From positions 192,001 through 256,000 of the forward strand of contig CAWCIZ010000003.1 in assembly GCA_963795855.1 (NCBI GenBank): a DNA stretch of 64,000 nucleotides, in the 5' to 3' direction. Below are positions 56,724 through 64,000 of this stretch, one piece after another. The notes under the pieces were generated by a model. It searched no databases and was not told the origin of the DNA. It saw only the letters and a program-made list of their open reading frames with translations. Position 1 is the first letter of the stretch. Each line of letters opens with the position of its first letter. This DNA comes from Vulcanimicrobiota bacterium. Lineage in GTDB: Bacteria; Vulcanimicrobiota; Vulcanimicrobiia; Vulcanimicrobiales; Vulcanimicrobiaceae. Made by a program: the position numbers and the translations under genes.

Positions 56724-57040
56724 TCCACCGGCTCCGTGCTGACGTACACGTCTTCGCCTCGCACTTCGAGCTGGAACCGGGGCACGCGTGCGAAGTCGCC
56801 CAGCGTCATCTTTCCGGAGCGCACGTCGAAGCACCAGCCATGCCAAGGGCACGTCACGAGCGGCCCCTCCAGCCATCCGTCTGCCAAGGGGCCGCCTTGA
56901 TGCGGACAGCTGTTTTCGATCGCGTGAAGCACGCCGTCGACGTTGAACACCGCAATTTCATAGCGCCCGACCGTGTATCCGCGTCCCCCGCCCGGCGGAA
57001 TGTCTCGCGTGCTGCCGATCCGCACGTACGAAACCATCAT
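56720..57040 (-). CDS. Rieske 2Fe-2S ferredoxin (NirD-like)
   Basis: CPHQGGPL.DG, CPWHGW.FD..SG. Confidence 0.9.
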   Translation of the reverse strand: MMVSYVRIGSTRDIPPGGGRGYTVGRYEIAVFNVDGVLHAIENSCPHQGGPLADGWLEGPLVTCPWHGWCFDVRSGKMTLGDFARVPRFQLEVRGEDVYVSTEPVE

Positions 57041-57807
57041 CCGAACAAACCCGCGACGAGTCCGCCATCGACCGAGATCGTTTGACCGGTGACGTAGCGC
57101 GCGGGTTCGCCGCACAGAAAAGCCGCAAGGGGCGCAAACTCTTCGGGCTGCGCGACGCGCCCGGCGGGGACTTCGGCGCCGGCACGCGCGATCGCGGCGT
57201 CGTCGTCACCATAGAGTGACCGCAACCGCGCCGTTTCGATTCGTCCCGTTGCAATCGCGTTGATCGTTACGCCGTCTTTCGCGACCTCTGCAGCAAGCGT
57301 TTTCAGCGCGGAAACGAGCGCCGTTCGAAACATGTTGGAAAGCGCGAGCGTGGCGATGGGCTGCTTCACCGACGTCGACGTCAGCGCCACGATGCGTCCC
57401 CAGCGGCGCTCGCGCATGCCGGGAACGATGCCTTCGATCACCTGCAGAATGCTTCGCAAAAGCGCTTGATACGCCGTATCCCAATCCGCGGGAGCCGTTT
57501 GCGTCAACGTCCCCGGTTTCGGACCGCCGGTGTTGGCGATGAGTACGTCCACTCCGCCGAAGACGTCGTGTACGTCTCGCAGCAGGCGATCGATGCTGCG
57601 CGCGTCCGTCAAGTCGACGGTGAACGCCTGCGCATCCGGCGCTCCCGAATCGGCACAGAGTTTCGCGACGCGCTGCAGTTCCTCGATACGCCGCGCGGCA
57701 ACGGCAACACGCGCGCCTTCGCGCGCCAGCGCCAGCGCGCACGCTTCACCGAGGCCCGAACTTGCGCCGGTGACGAGCGCGACTTTGCCGCGGATTCGCA
57801 GGTCCAT
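57037..57807 (-). CDS. SDR family oxidoreductase
   Basis: TGASSGLG, N.GGP.PG, SN..R in place of YxxxK, VDGG. Confidence 0.88.
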   Translation of the reverse strand: MDLRIRGKVALVTGASSGLGEACALALAREGARVAVAARRIEELQRVAKLCADSGAPDAQAFTVDLTDARSIDRLLRDVHDVFGGVDVLIANTGGPKPGTLTQTAPADWDTAYQALLRSILQVIEGIVPGMRERRWGRIVALTSTSVKQPIATLALSNMFRTALVSALKTLAAEVAKDGVTINAIATGRIETARLRSLYGDDDAAIARAGAEVPAGRVAQPEEFAPLAAFLCGEPARYVTGQTISVDGGLVAGLFG

Positions 57808-57900
57808 AGCCGAAACTTCAAAAGGCGGCGGCATGCACCTTTAGGCTGCGCAGAGCGCAATCGAAGTAAAACGCGCGCGGGCGTGGAACTTCTCGGCGCT

Positions 57901-58326
57901 ATGACGCAACCGTCCGAGCAGATCGTGGAACGCCGCACCGAAATTGTTTTTCCGACCGACGTAAACCACTACGGCACGCTTTTCGGCGGAAAAGCAGTCG
58001 CGATGATGGACGTGGTCGCGTCGATTGCAGCGATGCGCGCCGCACACAAACCGGTCGTTACCGCTTCGATCGACCGCGTGGACTTCAAAGCGCCGATCCG
58101 TGAAGGCGATTTCGTAGAAACCGTCGCTCGCGTGGTTGCCGTCGGGCGAACGTCCATCACCGTCGAAGTCGAACTGTGGGGCGAAATTCCGGCGACGGGC
58201 GAACGCCGTTTGTCGACCGTGGGAAAATTCGTGCTCGTCGCTATCGATCGTGAAGGCCGCCCGACTCCCATCGCAACCGATGGAACTATTTCGGAGCCAA
58301 CCGAATCGCGCCGTCCAACCGGATGA
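57901..58326 (+). CDS. Acyl-CoA thioesterase (hotdog, YciA-like)
   Basis: P.D.N.YGTLFGG...MD, VTASID.VDF..PI, GRTSI. Confidence 0.9.
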   Translation: MTQPSEQIVERRTEIVFPTDVNHYGTLFGGKAVAMMDVVASIAAMRAAHKPVVTASIDRVDFKAPIREGDFVETVARVVAVGRTSITVEVELWGEIPATGERRLSTVGKFVLVAIDREGRPTPIATDGTISEPTESRRPTG

Positions 58327-59050
58327 CTTCACCGTTGAGCATTTGATTCTCGACGATGTGGCGCGCGAGCGCCGCGTATTCTTCAGGTTTGCCCAGACGC
58401 GCGGGAAACGGCGTCTGCTTGCCGAGCGACTCGCGCGCGGCTTCCGGCAGACCCGCCATCATCGGCGTATCGAAAATGCCGGGCGCAATGCTCATCACGC
58501 GGATCTGCTGCTGCGCGAACTCGCGCGCGAGCGGGAGCGTGAGCGCGGCAACGCCGCCTTTCGATGCCGAATAGGCAGCTTGACCGATCTGTCCGTCGAA
58601 CGCGGCAACGGACGCCGTGCAAACGATCACGCCACGATCCTCACCGGGCTGCGAGGTCTGTTTCATCATCTGCGCCGCCGCGAGGCGCACCACGTTGAAC
58701 GTGCCGATGAGATTCACGCCGATCACTTTGCTGAAGTGGTCGAGCGGCTGCGGGCCTTCGCGACCGACGGCGCGCTGCGCAGTGGCAATCCCGGCGCAAT
58801 TCACGACGCCGTTCAGCGCGCCGAACGATTCGACCGCCAGATCGATCGCTGCCTGCACCTGCGTTTCATTGGTGACGTCGGTTTTTTGAAAGCGGACGCG
58901 GGCCGCAATGTCGTCCGCAGCCGCTTCCCGCGGCTCGTTCACGTCGCATATCACGAGGTTCGCGCCGGCCCGCGCGAACTCGCGAACGACCGCCGCACCT
59001 AAGCCGGACGATCCGCCCGTAACGAGAAACGCTTTGCCGGAAAGATTCAC
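58286..59050 (-). CDS. 3-hydroxyacyl-CoA dehydrogenase type II (HSD17B10-like SDR)
   Basis: [46 protein letters not shown]. Confidence 0.92.
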   Translation of the reverse strand: MNLSGKAFLVTGGSSGLGAAVVREFARAGANLVICDVNEPREAAADDIAARVRFQKTDVTNETQVQAAIDLAVESFGALNGVVNCAGIATAQRAVGREGPQPLDHFSKVIGVNLIGTFNVVRLAAAQMMKQTSQPGEDRGVIVCTASVAAFDGQIGQAAYSASKGGVAALTLPLAREFAQQQIRVMSIAPGIFDTPMMAGLPEAARESLGKQTPFPARLGKPEEYAALARHIVENQMLNGEVIRLDGAIRLAPK

Positions 59051-59112
59051 GCTGCAATCCTTTCGATGATGGTCGCGTTCGCCATTCCGCCGCCCTCGCA
59101 CCTCACCTGCAG
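59047..59112 (-). pseudogene. C-terminal remnant of a thiolase (acetyl-CoA C-acyltransferase)
   Basis: [21 protein letters not shown], matching the thiolase C-terminal motif; its stop overlaps the next GTG. Confidence 0.75.
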
Positions 59113-59122
59113 ATTGCGCGCG

Positions 59123-59953
59123 TCAAAATCGATGCAGCGGTGCGGCCGTGCACAGCGGAAGATCGAATCGCCGCGCCTCGTGCTCCCAGTGCGCGCACGA
59201 GCGTTCGGCGAAACGTGCAGCCAATGCTTCCGCTTCGAGCGTTGCGAGGCCGAGCGCTTCGCGCAAGCGCGCTTGAAAGTGCGGTTCCAGCGCCGCGAGC
59301 GCGATCCAGCCGTCCGCGGTTTGGTAAAAGCGGTAGACCGGCGATATGCCTCCGAGTAGGCCATCCGGAGACGTCAGCCCGTATCGAAACGGAGCGGCCA
59401 ATTCCGCAGCGCCGGCGGCGATCGCCACATCCGAACGCGCCGCTTCGCCGCTCCGCTCCCTTTGCAAGAGCAGCCGATACGATTGCGCAGTCGCGCGTTC
59501 GGCGGCGAACAGGTCGGCGTAGACTGTGCGCGGCATCGAGGGCGGATCGATCAGTCCCGACTTCGCTTGATACGTGAGGTCGTGTCCCGCCCGATCCGCG
59601 TGCGGCGCGTGCTCGCCGAAAATCGCAACGTGGCAGAGACGCGGGTGCCGCTCGTGCAGGTGCACCCAATCCAAACCCAGTCGTTCGAAAACGGTCGCGC
59701 GGGTCGACGTCAGAAGCAAATCGGCGCGGGCGAGTAGATTTTCAAAACGTTCCCGGCCGGCCGGATCGCGCAGGTCCAGCACAAGCACCTCGATCCCCGC
59801 CGTAATGCCGGCATACCACTCCGGAGCTGCAGCGAAGAGCGGATCGCCTTGCGGCGGCTCGATTTTGACGACCTGCGCCCCATCGCGGTGCAGGGCGAAA
59901 GCGGCGAGCGGGCCGGGAACGTTCGTGACCAAGGCGGCGACCCGAAACTCCAT
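59123..59953 (-). CDS. CoA-transferase family III (CaiB/BaiF)
   Basis: [40 protein letters not shown]. Confidence 0.88.
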   Translation of the reverse strand: MEFRVAALVTNVPGPLAAFALHRDGAQVVKIEPPQGDPLFAAAPEWYAGITAGIEVLVLDLRDPAGRERFENLLARADLLLTSTRATVFERLGLDWVHLHERHPRLCHVAIFGEHAPHADRAGHDLTYQAKSGLIDPPSMPRTVYADLFAAERATAQSYRLLLQRERSGEAARSDVAIAAGAAELAAPFRYGLTSPDGLLGGISPVYRFYQTADGWIALAALEPHFQARLREALGLATLEAEALAARFAERSCAHWEHEARRFDLPLCTAAPLHRF

Positions 59954-59966
59954 GAGCCAAAGTATG

Positions 59967-59996
59967 TTGCGCCGCCGGCGGAACCTCTGCTATGAT
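59967..59996 (+). promoter_or_regulatory. Sigma70-type promoter of rpsO
   Basis: TTGCGC (59967-59972), 18-nt spacer, extended -10 TG-c-TATGAT (59988-59996). Confidence 0.6.
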
Positions 59997-60007
59997 TCCC
60001 CGGTCGC

Positions 60008-60070
60008 CGGAGCGGTTTTCGACGGAGTCGGACCACTGCATCCGAGCGAGCCCATCCTTGAACGAGGAGT
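60008..60070 (+). ncRNA. Putative S15 autoregulatory leader
   Basis: CGGA-GCGGT...CGAC-gga-GTCG...ACTGC-a-TCCG nested stem between the promoter and the GAGGAG SD. Confidence 0.55.
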
Positions 60071-60077
60071 CTCTTTC

Positions 60078-60347
60078 GTGCCCCTGACCAAAGAACAGAA
60101 GGCGGAGATCGCCGCGAAATTCGGCCGCTCTTCGAGCGACACCGGCTCGGCCGACGTGCAGATCGCCATTCTCACTGCGTCCATCAATCAGCTGACCGAA
60201 CATCTGAAGATCCACAAGAAGGATCACCATAGCCGCCGCGGCCTGTTGCTGCAGGTCGGCCAGCGTCGCCGTCTGCTGAATTACTTGCAAAACAAGGACT
60301 TGGACCGCTACCGCAAACTCATTTCGGACCTAGGCCTGCGCCGCTGA
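60078..60347 (+). CDS. rpsO: 30S ribosomal protein S15
   Basis: [38 protein letters not shown]. Confidence 0.98.
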   Translation: MPLTKEQKAEIAAKFGRSSSDTGSADVQIAILTASINQLTEHLKIHKKDHHSRRGLLLQVGQRRRLLNYLQNKDLDRYRKLISDLGLRR

Positions 60348-60373
60348 CTTAGGTCAACTGGTCCCCAAATTTC

Positions 60374-60406
60374 GAGAGCCGCTGCCCTTGTGGCTCTCTT
60401 TATTTT
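60374..60406 (+). terminator. Intrinsic terminator after rpsO
   Basis: GAGAGCCGC-loop-GTGGCTCTC followed by TTTATTTT. Confidence 0.85.
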
Positions 60407-60544
60407 GCGTTATTAGGTCTGGCGACCCAAGCGCTAGGCCCGTCCGGTCCTACCGTAGAGAAGGCCTCGCTCGCTACCCTAGCAATACAGCGTCGCATTG
60501 AAAGGCCGGCGCATTTCGCACCTTCGGAAAGGACGGGGGTTTCT

Positions 60545-60826
60545 ATGCTGTTTACTCTGCCGCGGCGCGAGAAAGACCTCGAAATCGAACGCACGGATTC
60601 GCGCTTCATCGTGCACGACCGCAAACACGATTACGTCCACATTCTCGACGAGCGCGCGGGGGCCGTGCTCGAGCAGTGCGACGGAACGCGCAGTTGCACG
60701 GATATAGCAAAGACGCTGTCGTATCGCAATCACGAGTCGTACGATCAAATCGCGAGCGAAGTCGCGCATCTCGTGGCCGCTTTTGCGGATTTGGCGCTCG
60801 TAGAGAGCGCCGCAACGCCCCGTTAG
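60545..60826 (+). CDS. Stand-alone PqqD-family RiPP recognition element (RRE)
   Basis: 93 aa; beta-strands then VHIL...A..VL..CDG.RS..DIA..L....EV...VA.F....LVE, a typical PqqD pattern. Confidence 0.8.
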   Translation: MLFTLPRREKDLEIERTDSRFIVHDRKHDYVHILDERAGAVLEQCDGTRSCTDIAKTLSYRNHESYDQIASEVAHLVAAFADLALVESAATPR

Positions 60827-61827
60827 CCTTTGCGGTTGCGGGCGCGCCGCGCCGCTTCCTTGATGGACGTCGTCCCCATGCCGTAGTGTTCGATCAATTC
60901 CACGGGATCGCCGGACTGACCGAACCGATCGTGCACGCCGACGAATTCGATCGGCACCGGATTGTTCGCGGCAAGGATCTCTGCGACGCGAGACCCCATG
61001 CCGCCGTGGACCTGATGCTCTTCTACCGTAACGATGGTGCCGCAGCGCTTCGCCGCTTCGACGATCGCCGGCTCGTCCATCGGTTTGACCGTATGGTTGT
61101 TGACGACCATGCAGTCGATGCCTTCGGCCGCGAGTTCCCGCGCTGCAATCAGCGCGTTGTACGCCAGTATTCCGCACGCGATGATGGCAACGTCCTTGCC
61201 CTCGCGAAACGTCTGCGCCTTGCCGATTTCGAACGGCGTTTCCGAAGTCGTCACGATCGGCGATTTCTCACGCGCGAAGCGCAGATACACCGGCCCTGCC
61301 ATCCGCGTGAGCGCAAGCGTCGCCTTCTTCGTCTGCACCGAGTCGCACGGAACGACGACGGTCATGTGCGGTATCACGCGCATGATTGCGATGTCTTCCA
61401 CCGCTTGGTGCGTAGCGCCGTCGGGGCCGACGGATACGCCTGCGTGCGCGCCGGCAATTTTGACGTTCGTTTCGTTGAGCGCCATCACCGTACGCACTTG
61501 CTCCCAGGAACGGCCGGGATTGAACATCGCGTAGCTCGCGATCCACGGAATCTTCCCCGTACTGGCCAAACCGCCGGCCATCGCGACGAGCAGCTGCTCC
61601 GAAACGCCGATCTCCAAGTACTGATCCGGCAGCGTTTCTTTGAGGCCGAGCATGCGCGTCGACTCGGAGAGATCCGCGCAAATACCGATCACGTTCTTGT
61701 CGGCTTTCGCCGCCTCGAGCAGCCCTTCGCCGAATCCGTTGCGCGTCGGGACTTGTTTGACGTGTTTGGGATCGTCCAAGGGGGCCAGATGCATGGCAGC
61801 GCTCTCGAGTACGTCCGTGCTAGCCAT
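60823..61827 (-). CDS. Transketolase, C-terminal subunit
   Basis: ADLSEST, GVSEQ, GPDGATHQ..ED, GPVYLR, VEEH...GG.G. Confidence 0.9.
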   Translation of the reverse strand: MASTDVLESAAMHLAPLDDPKHVKQVPTRNGFGEGLLEAAKADKNVIGICADLSESTRMLGLKETLPDQYLEIGVSEQLLVAMAGGLASTGKIPWIASYAMFNPGRSWEQVRTVMALNETNVKIAGAHAGVSVGPDGATHQAVEDIAIMRVIPHMTVVVPCDSVQTKKATLALTRMAGPVYLRFAREKSPIVTTSETPFEIGKAQTFREGKDVAIIACGILAYNALIAARELAAEGIDCMVVNNHTVKPMDEPAIVEAAKRCGTIVTVEEHQVHGGMGSRVAEILAANNPVPIEFVGVHDRFGQSGDPVELIEHYGMGTTSIKEAARRARNRKG

Positions 61828-62677
61828 GCGCGAGGATCCTTTCCCGCTCCGCCTCGAGTTCGCGCAGCGCTTCGTCGGCTTGATCTTTATTGGGCGGCTT
61901 GCCGTGCCAGGTGTAATCGCCTTCCATGTAGTCAACGCCTTTGCCGGGCACGGTATGCGCTACGATCACGCTCGGTTTATCCGTCGATTGCTGCGCTTTT
62001 TCAACCTCTCCAACGAACTGCGCGATGTCGTTGCCGTCGCATTCCAGAACGTTCCAGTTGAACGCGCGGTATTTGTCGGCAAGCGGCTCGAGCGGCATGA
62101 TGTCCTCGGTGCTGCCGTCGATTTGGATGAAGTTGCGATCGACGATGCTGATGAGATTGTTCAGTTGAAATTTTGCAGCGGTGAGCACCGCCTCCCAATG
62201 CAGTCCGCATTGATGCTCCGCGTCGGACGTGACGACGTACACCCGCCACGATGCGCCGTTCATCTTCGCACCCAGCGCCATGCCCGTACCTTGCGCCAAC
62301 CCTTCACCCAGCGGACCGGACGTCGTTTCCAAGGCCGGCAGGCGCACGCGTTCGGGATGTCCTTGCAGGCGCGTTCCGAATTTGCGCAGCGTGAGCAGCT
62401 CTTCCACCGGGAAGTAGCCCGCATATGCCATCGCGCTATAACGCACGGGTGCGATGTGACCGCACGAGAGGAGCAGTCTGTCGCGCTCCGGCCACTGCGG
62501 GTTTTTCGGATCGTGGCGCAGCACGTGCTGGTACAGGGCCGTGAAGATGTCGGCCATGTCGAGCGAACCGGCGGAGTGTCCGGAACCGGCGGCCAGCAGC
62601 GAACGAATGATGCCCTGGCGGCACAAGTTCGCCTGTTCCCGCAGCTCGGACAAACGCTGTGCGGAGAGAGATTGCAT
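61820..62677 (-). CDS. Transketolase, N-terminal subunit
   Basis: SGH.AGSL, RDR..LS.GH, LQGHP, SGPLG.G, DGND, T..GKG, WHG. Confidence 0.9.
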   Translation of the reverse strand: MQSLSAQRLSELREQANLCRQGIIRSLLAAGSGHSAGSLDMADIFTALYQHVLRHDPKNPQWPERDRLLLSCGHIAPVRYSAMAYAGYFPVEELLTLRKFGTRLQGHPERVRLPALETTSGPLGEGLAQGTGMALGAKMNGASWRVYVVTSDAEHQCGLHWEAVLTAAKFQLNNLISIVDRNFIQIDGSTEDIMPLEPLADKYRAFNWNVLECDGNDIAQFVGEVEKAQQSTDKPSVIVAHTVPGKGVDYMEGDYTWHGKPPNKDQADEALRELEAERERILAHG

Positions 62678-62687
62678 TTGGCGGTAG

Positions 62688-63644
62688 TTACCCGCCGTTA
62701 CGCCCGCTGCCCTCGAAGGAGGCGCCTCCACGCAGAATGGGCAGGCGCACCACGAATTCGGCGCCCGCGGCACCGCAACAGTCCCGCACCAAAACCGTTC
62801 CGCCGTGCGCGCTGGCAATCCAGCGCACGATCGCCAAGCCGAGCCCGCTGCCGTCGCTTCGCCCGTCCGATTGATAGAAGCGATCGAAAACGCGTTCCTT
62901 TGCGCTGTTTTCGATCGGCGAGCCGTCGTTCGTTACGATGATTTGCGCATCGCCGTCGTCCCGGACTTCGACGCGCACGGCCGACTGCGCGTGCCGAACG
63001 GCATTCGAAAGCAGATTGCGCGTCAACTCGCGCACGCGCCGTTCGTCGGCTTCCACGATCACGCTTGCCGGCGCAACGTCGAGACGCAACCCGCGATCGT
63101 GCGCGATTTGGCCGAATTCGTTTGCCGTGTCCGCGACGACCGCGCCCAGATCGATCGGTTCCTTCGCGAGCGCCTTCGGGTGCGCGGAGCGCGCGAGCGT
63201 AAGAAGATCGCCCACCGCGGCGGACGCATCGAGGGCCGCGCGCGCGATCGTGCTCAACGCTTCGGCGATGTGCGGCGGCGCGTTCGCGCGCTGCGCTTGC
63301 GCGACGCTTGCAATCGTGGCCAGCGGCGAGCGCAGCGCATGCGCGGCATCCGCAGCAAACGCGCGCTCGCGCTCCTGCGCTGCGATAAGCGGCGCGAGGG
63401 ACGCCTGCGCAAGCATCCATGCGGCTGCGCCGACGATGACGAGCAGCGGAACGTCGAACGCAACGATCGTGATCAATACGTGCCGCATCGCCGCGGCATA
63501 AGCGCTCGATGCTTCGGGCGTTCCCAGCGCCGGTTGCAGAAGACTTGCGTATTCGCGTCCCAAAAAGACGTACGCGCCTGCGCTGAGCGCGGCCAAAACC
63601 ACCGCAAAGACCGCAAGATAGCGCAGCGAGAGTCGCGCGATCAC
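62688..63644 (-). CDS. Sensor histidine kinase
   Basis: Two TMs, H-box DAAHALRSPL, N-box NLLSNAVRH, FDRFY, GSGLGLAI. Confidence 0.88.
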   Translation of the reverse strand: MIARLSLRYLAVFAVVLAALSAGAYVFLGREYASLLQPALGTPEASSAYAAAMRHVLITIVAFDVPLLVIVGAAAWMLAQASLAPLIAAQERERAFAADAAHALRSPLATIASVAQAQRANAPPHIAEALSTIARAALDASAAVGDLLTLARSAHPKALAKEPIDLGAVVADTANEFGQIAHDRGLRLDVAPASVIVEADERRVRELTRNLLSNAVRHAQSAVRVEVRDDGDAQIIVTNDGSPIENSAKERVFDRFYQSDGRSDGSGLGLAIVRWIASAHGGTVLVRDCCGAAGAEFVVRLPILRGGASFEGSGRNGG

Positions 63645-64000
63645 GGTTGGAACTTGTATCCGACGCCCCAAACGGTCTGGATCACGTTGCCCGCGCCGGC
63701 GCGTTTGAGTTTGCGCCGCAGCTGACTGACGTACACGTCGACGATGTTGCTCGATCCGTCGAAATCGTACTCCCACAACCGTTCGAGTAAGTGCTCGCGG
63801 CTTAAAACGAGCCCGGCGTTGCGCGCGAAAAACTCGAGCATCCGAAACTCCGTCACGCCAAGCGAAAGCGCTTTTCCGCCGTAGGTAGCTTGCCGCGCTC
63901 CCATGTCGACGGTAAGCGCGCCCGCGCTCAACTCGTCTTTGACCGGCTTCTCGGCACGGCGCAGCAGCGCGCGCACTCGCGCCACCAGTTCCTGCTCTTC
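63641..64000 (-). CDS. OmpR-family response regulator (5'-truncated by window)
   Basis: ELVARVRALLRR, EF.ML, SRE.LL..LW, NIVDVYV..LR.KL, IQTVWGVGY. Confidence 0.92.
   Translation of the reverse strand, partial: EEQELVARVRALLRRAEKPVKDELSAGALTVDMGARQATYGGKALSLGVTEFRMLEFFARNAGLVLSREHLLERLWEYDFDGSSNIVDVYVSQLRRKLKRAGAGNVIQTVWGVGYKFQP

Noticed and set aside
60498..60707. 69-aa Cys-containing ORF as RiPP precursor for the PqqD protein
   Set aside because: Mostly overlaps the PqqD gene out of frame; TTG start without SD; no leader/core pattern

Overview
GC-rich bacterial chromosomal window. The secretin implies a diderm host; gene style suggests Eremiobacterota/Vulcanimicrobiota, which is an inference only. 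1-13.8 kb: Tad/Flp pilus locus with a divergent secretin, two Flp pilins missed by the ORF track, two A24 prepilin peptidases, cpaB, a CpaE-CpaF fusion, tadB, tadC and DUF192. It runs directly into two GT-C-like membrane proteins, met convergently by a GT87-like gene and a MalT/BTAD regulator; together these form a candidate pilin-glycosylation system. 14-36 kb: rsmI-metG-tatD, a cryptic PLD-family gene, a respiratory biogenesis cluster (menG, prenyl synthase, tatAC, resB, ccsA, Rieske, fused cytochrome b/c), TMEM175, an ArnT-like gene and a heme operon (hemC fused to a half-HemD, hemB, mobA, hemL, rex, hemA, hemD). 36-64 kb: glutaredoxin, arginase, a DUF5069/AI-2E fusion, a BMP-family ABC transporter, ilvE, a phosphoesterase, fdhD, PolX, NAPRT, several catalytically degenerate proteins, CoA-metabolism genes with a thiolase remnant, rpsO with its leader and terminator, an orphan PqqD/RRE gene behind a structured leader, split transketolase and a two-component pair. 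Many single-base indels, densest at about 15.9-30.4 kb, break essential genes and create false fusions; I interpret them as sequencing errors. No tRNA, rRNA, CRISPR array or mobile element was seen.
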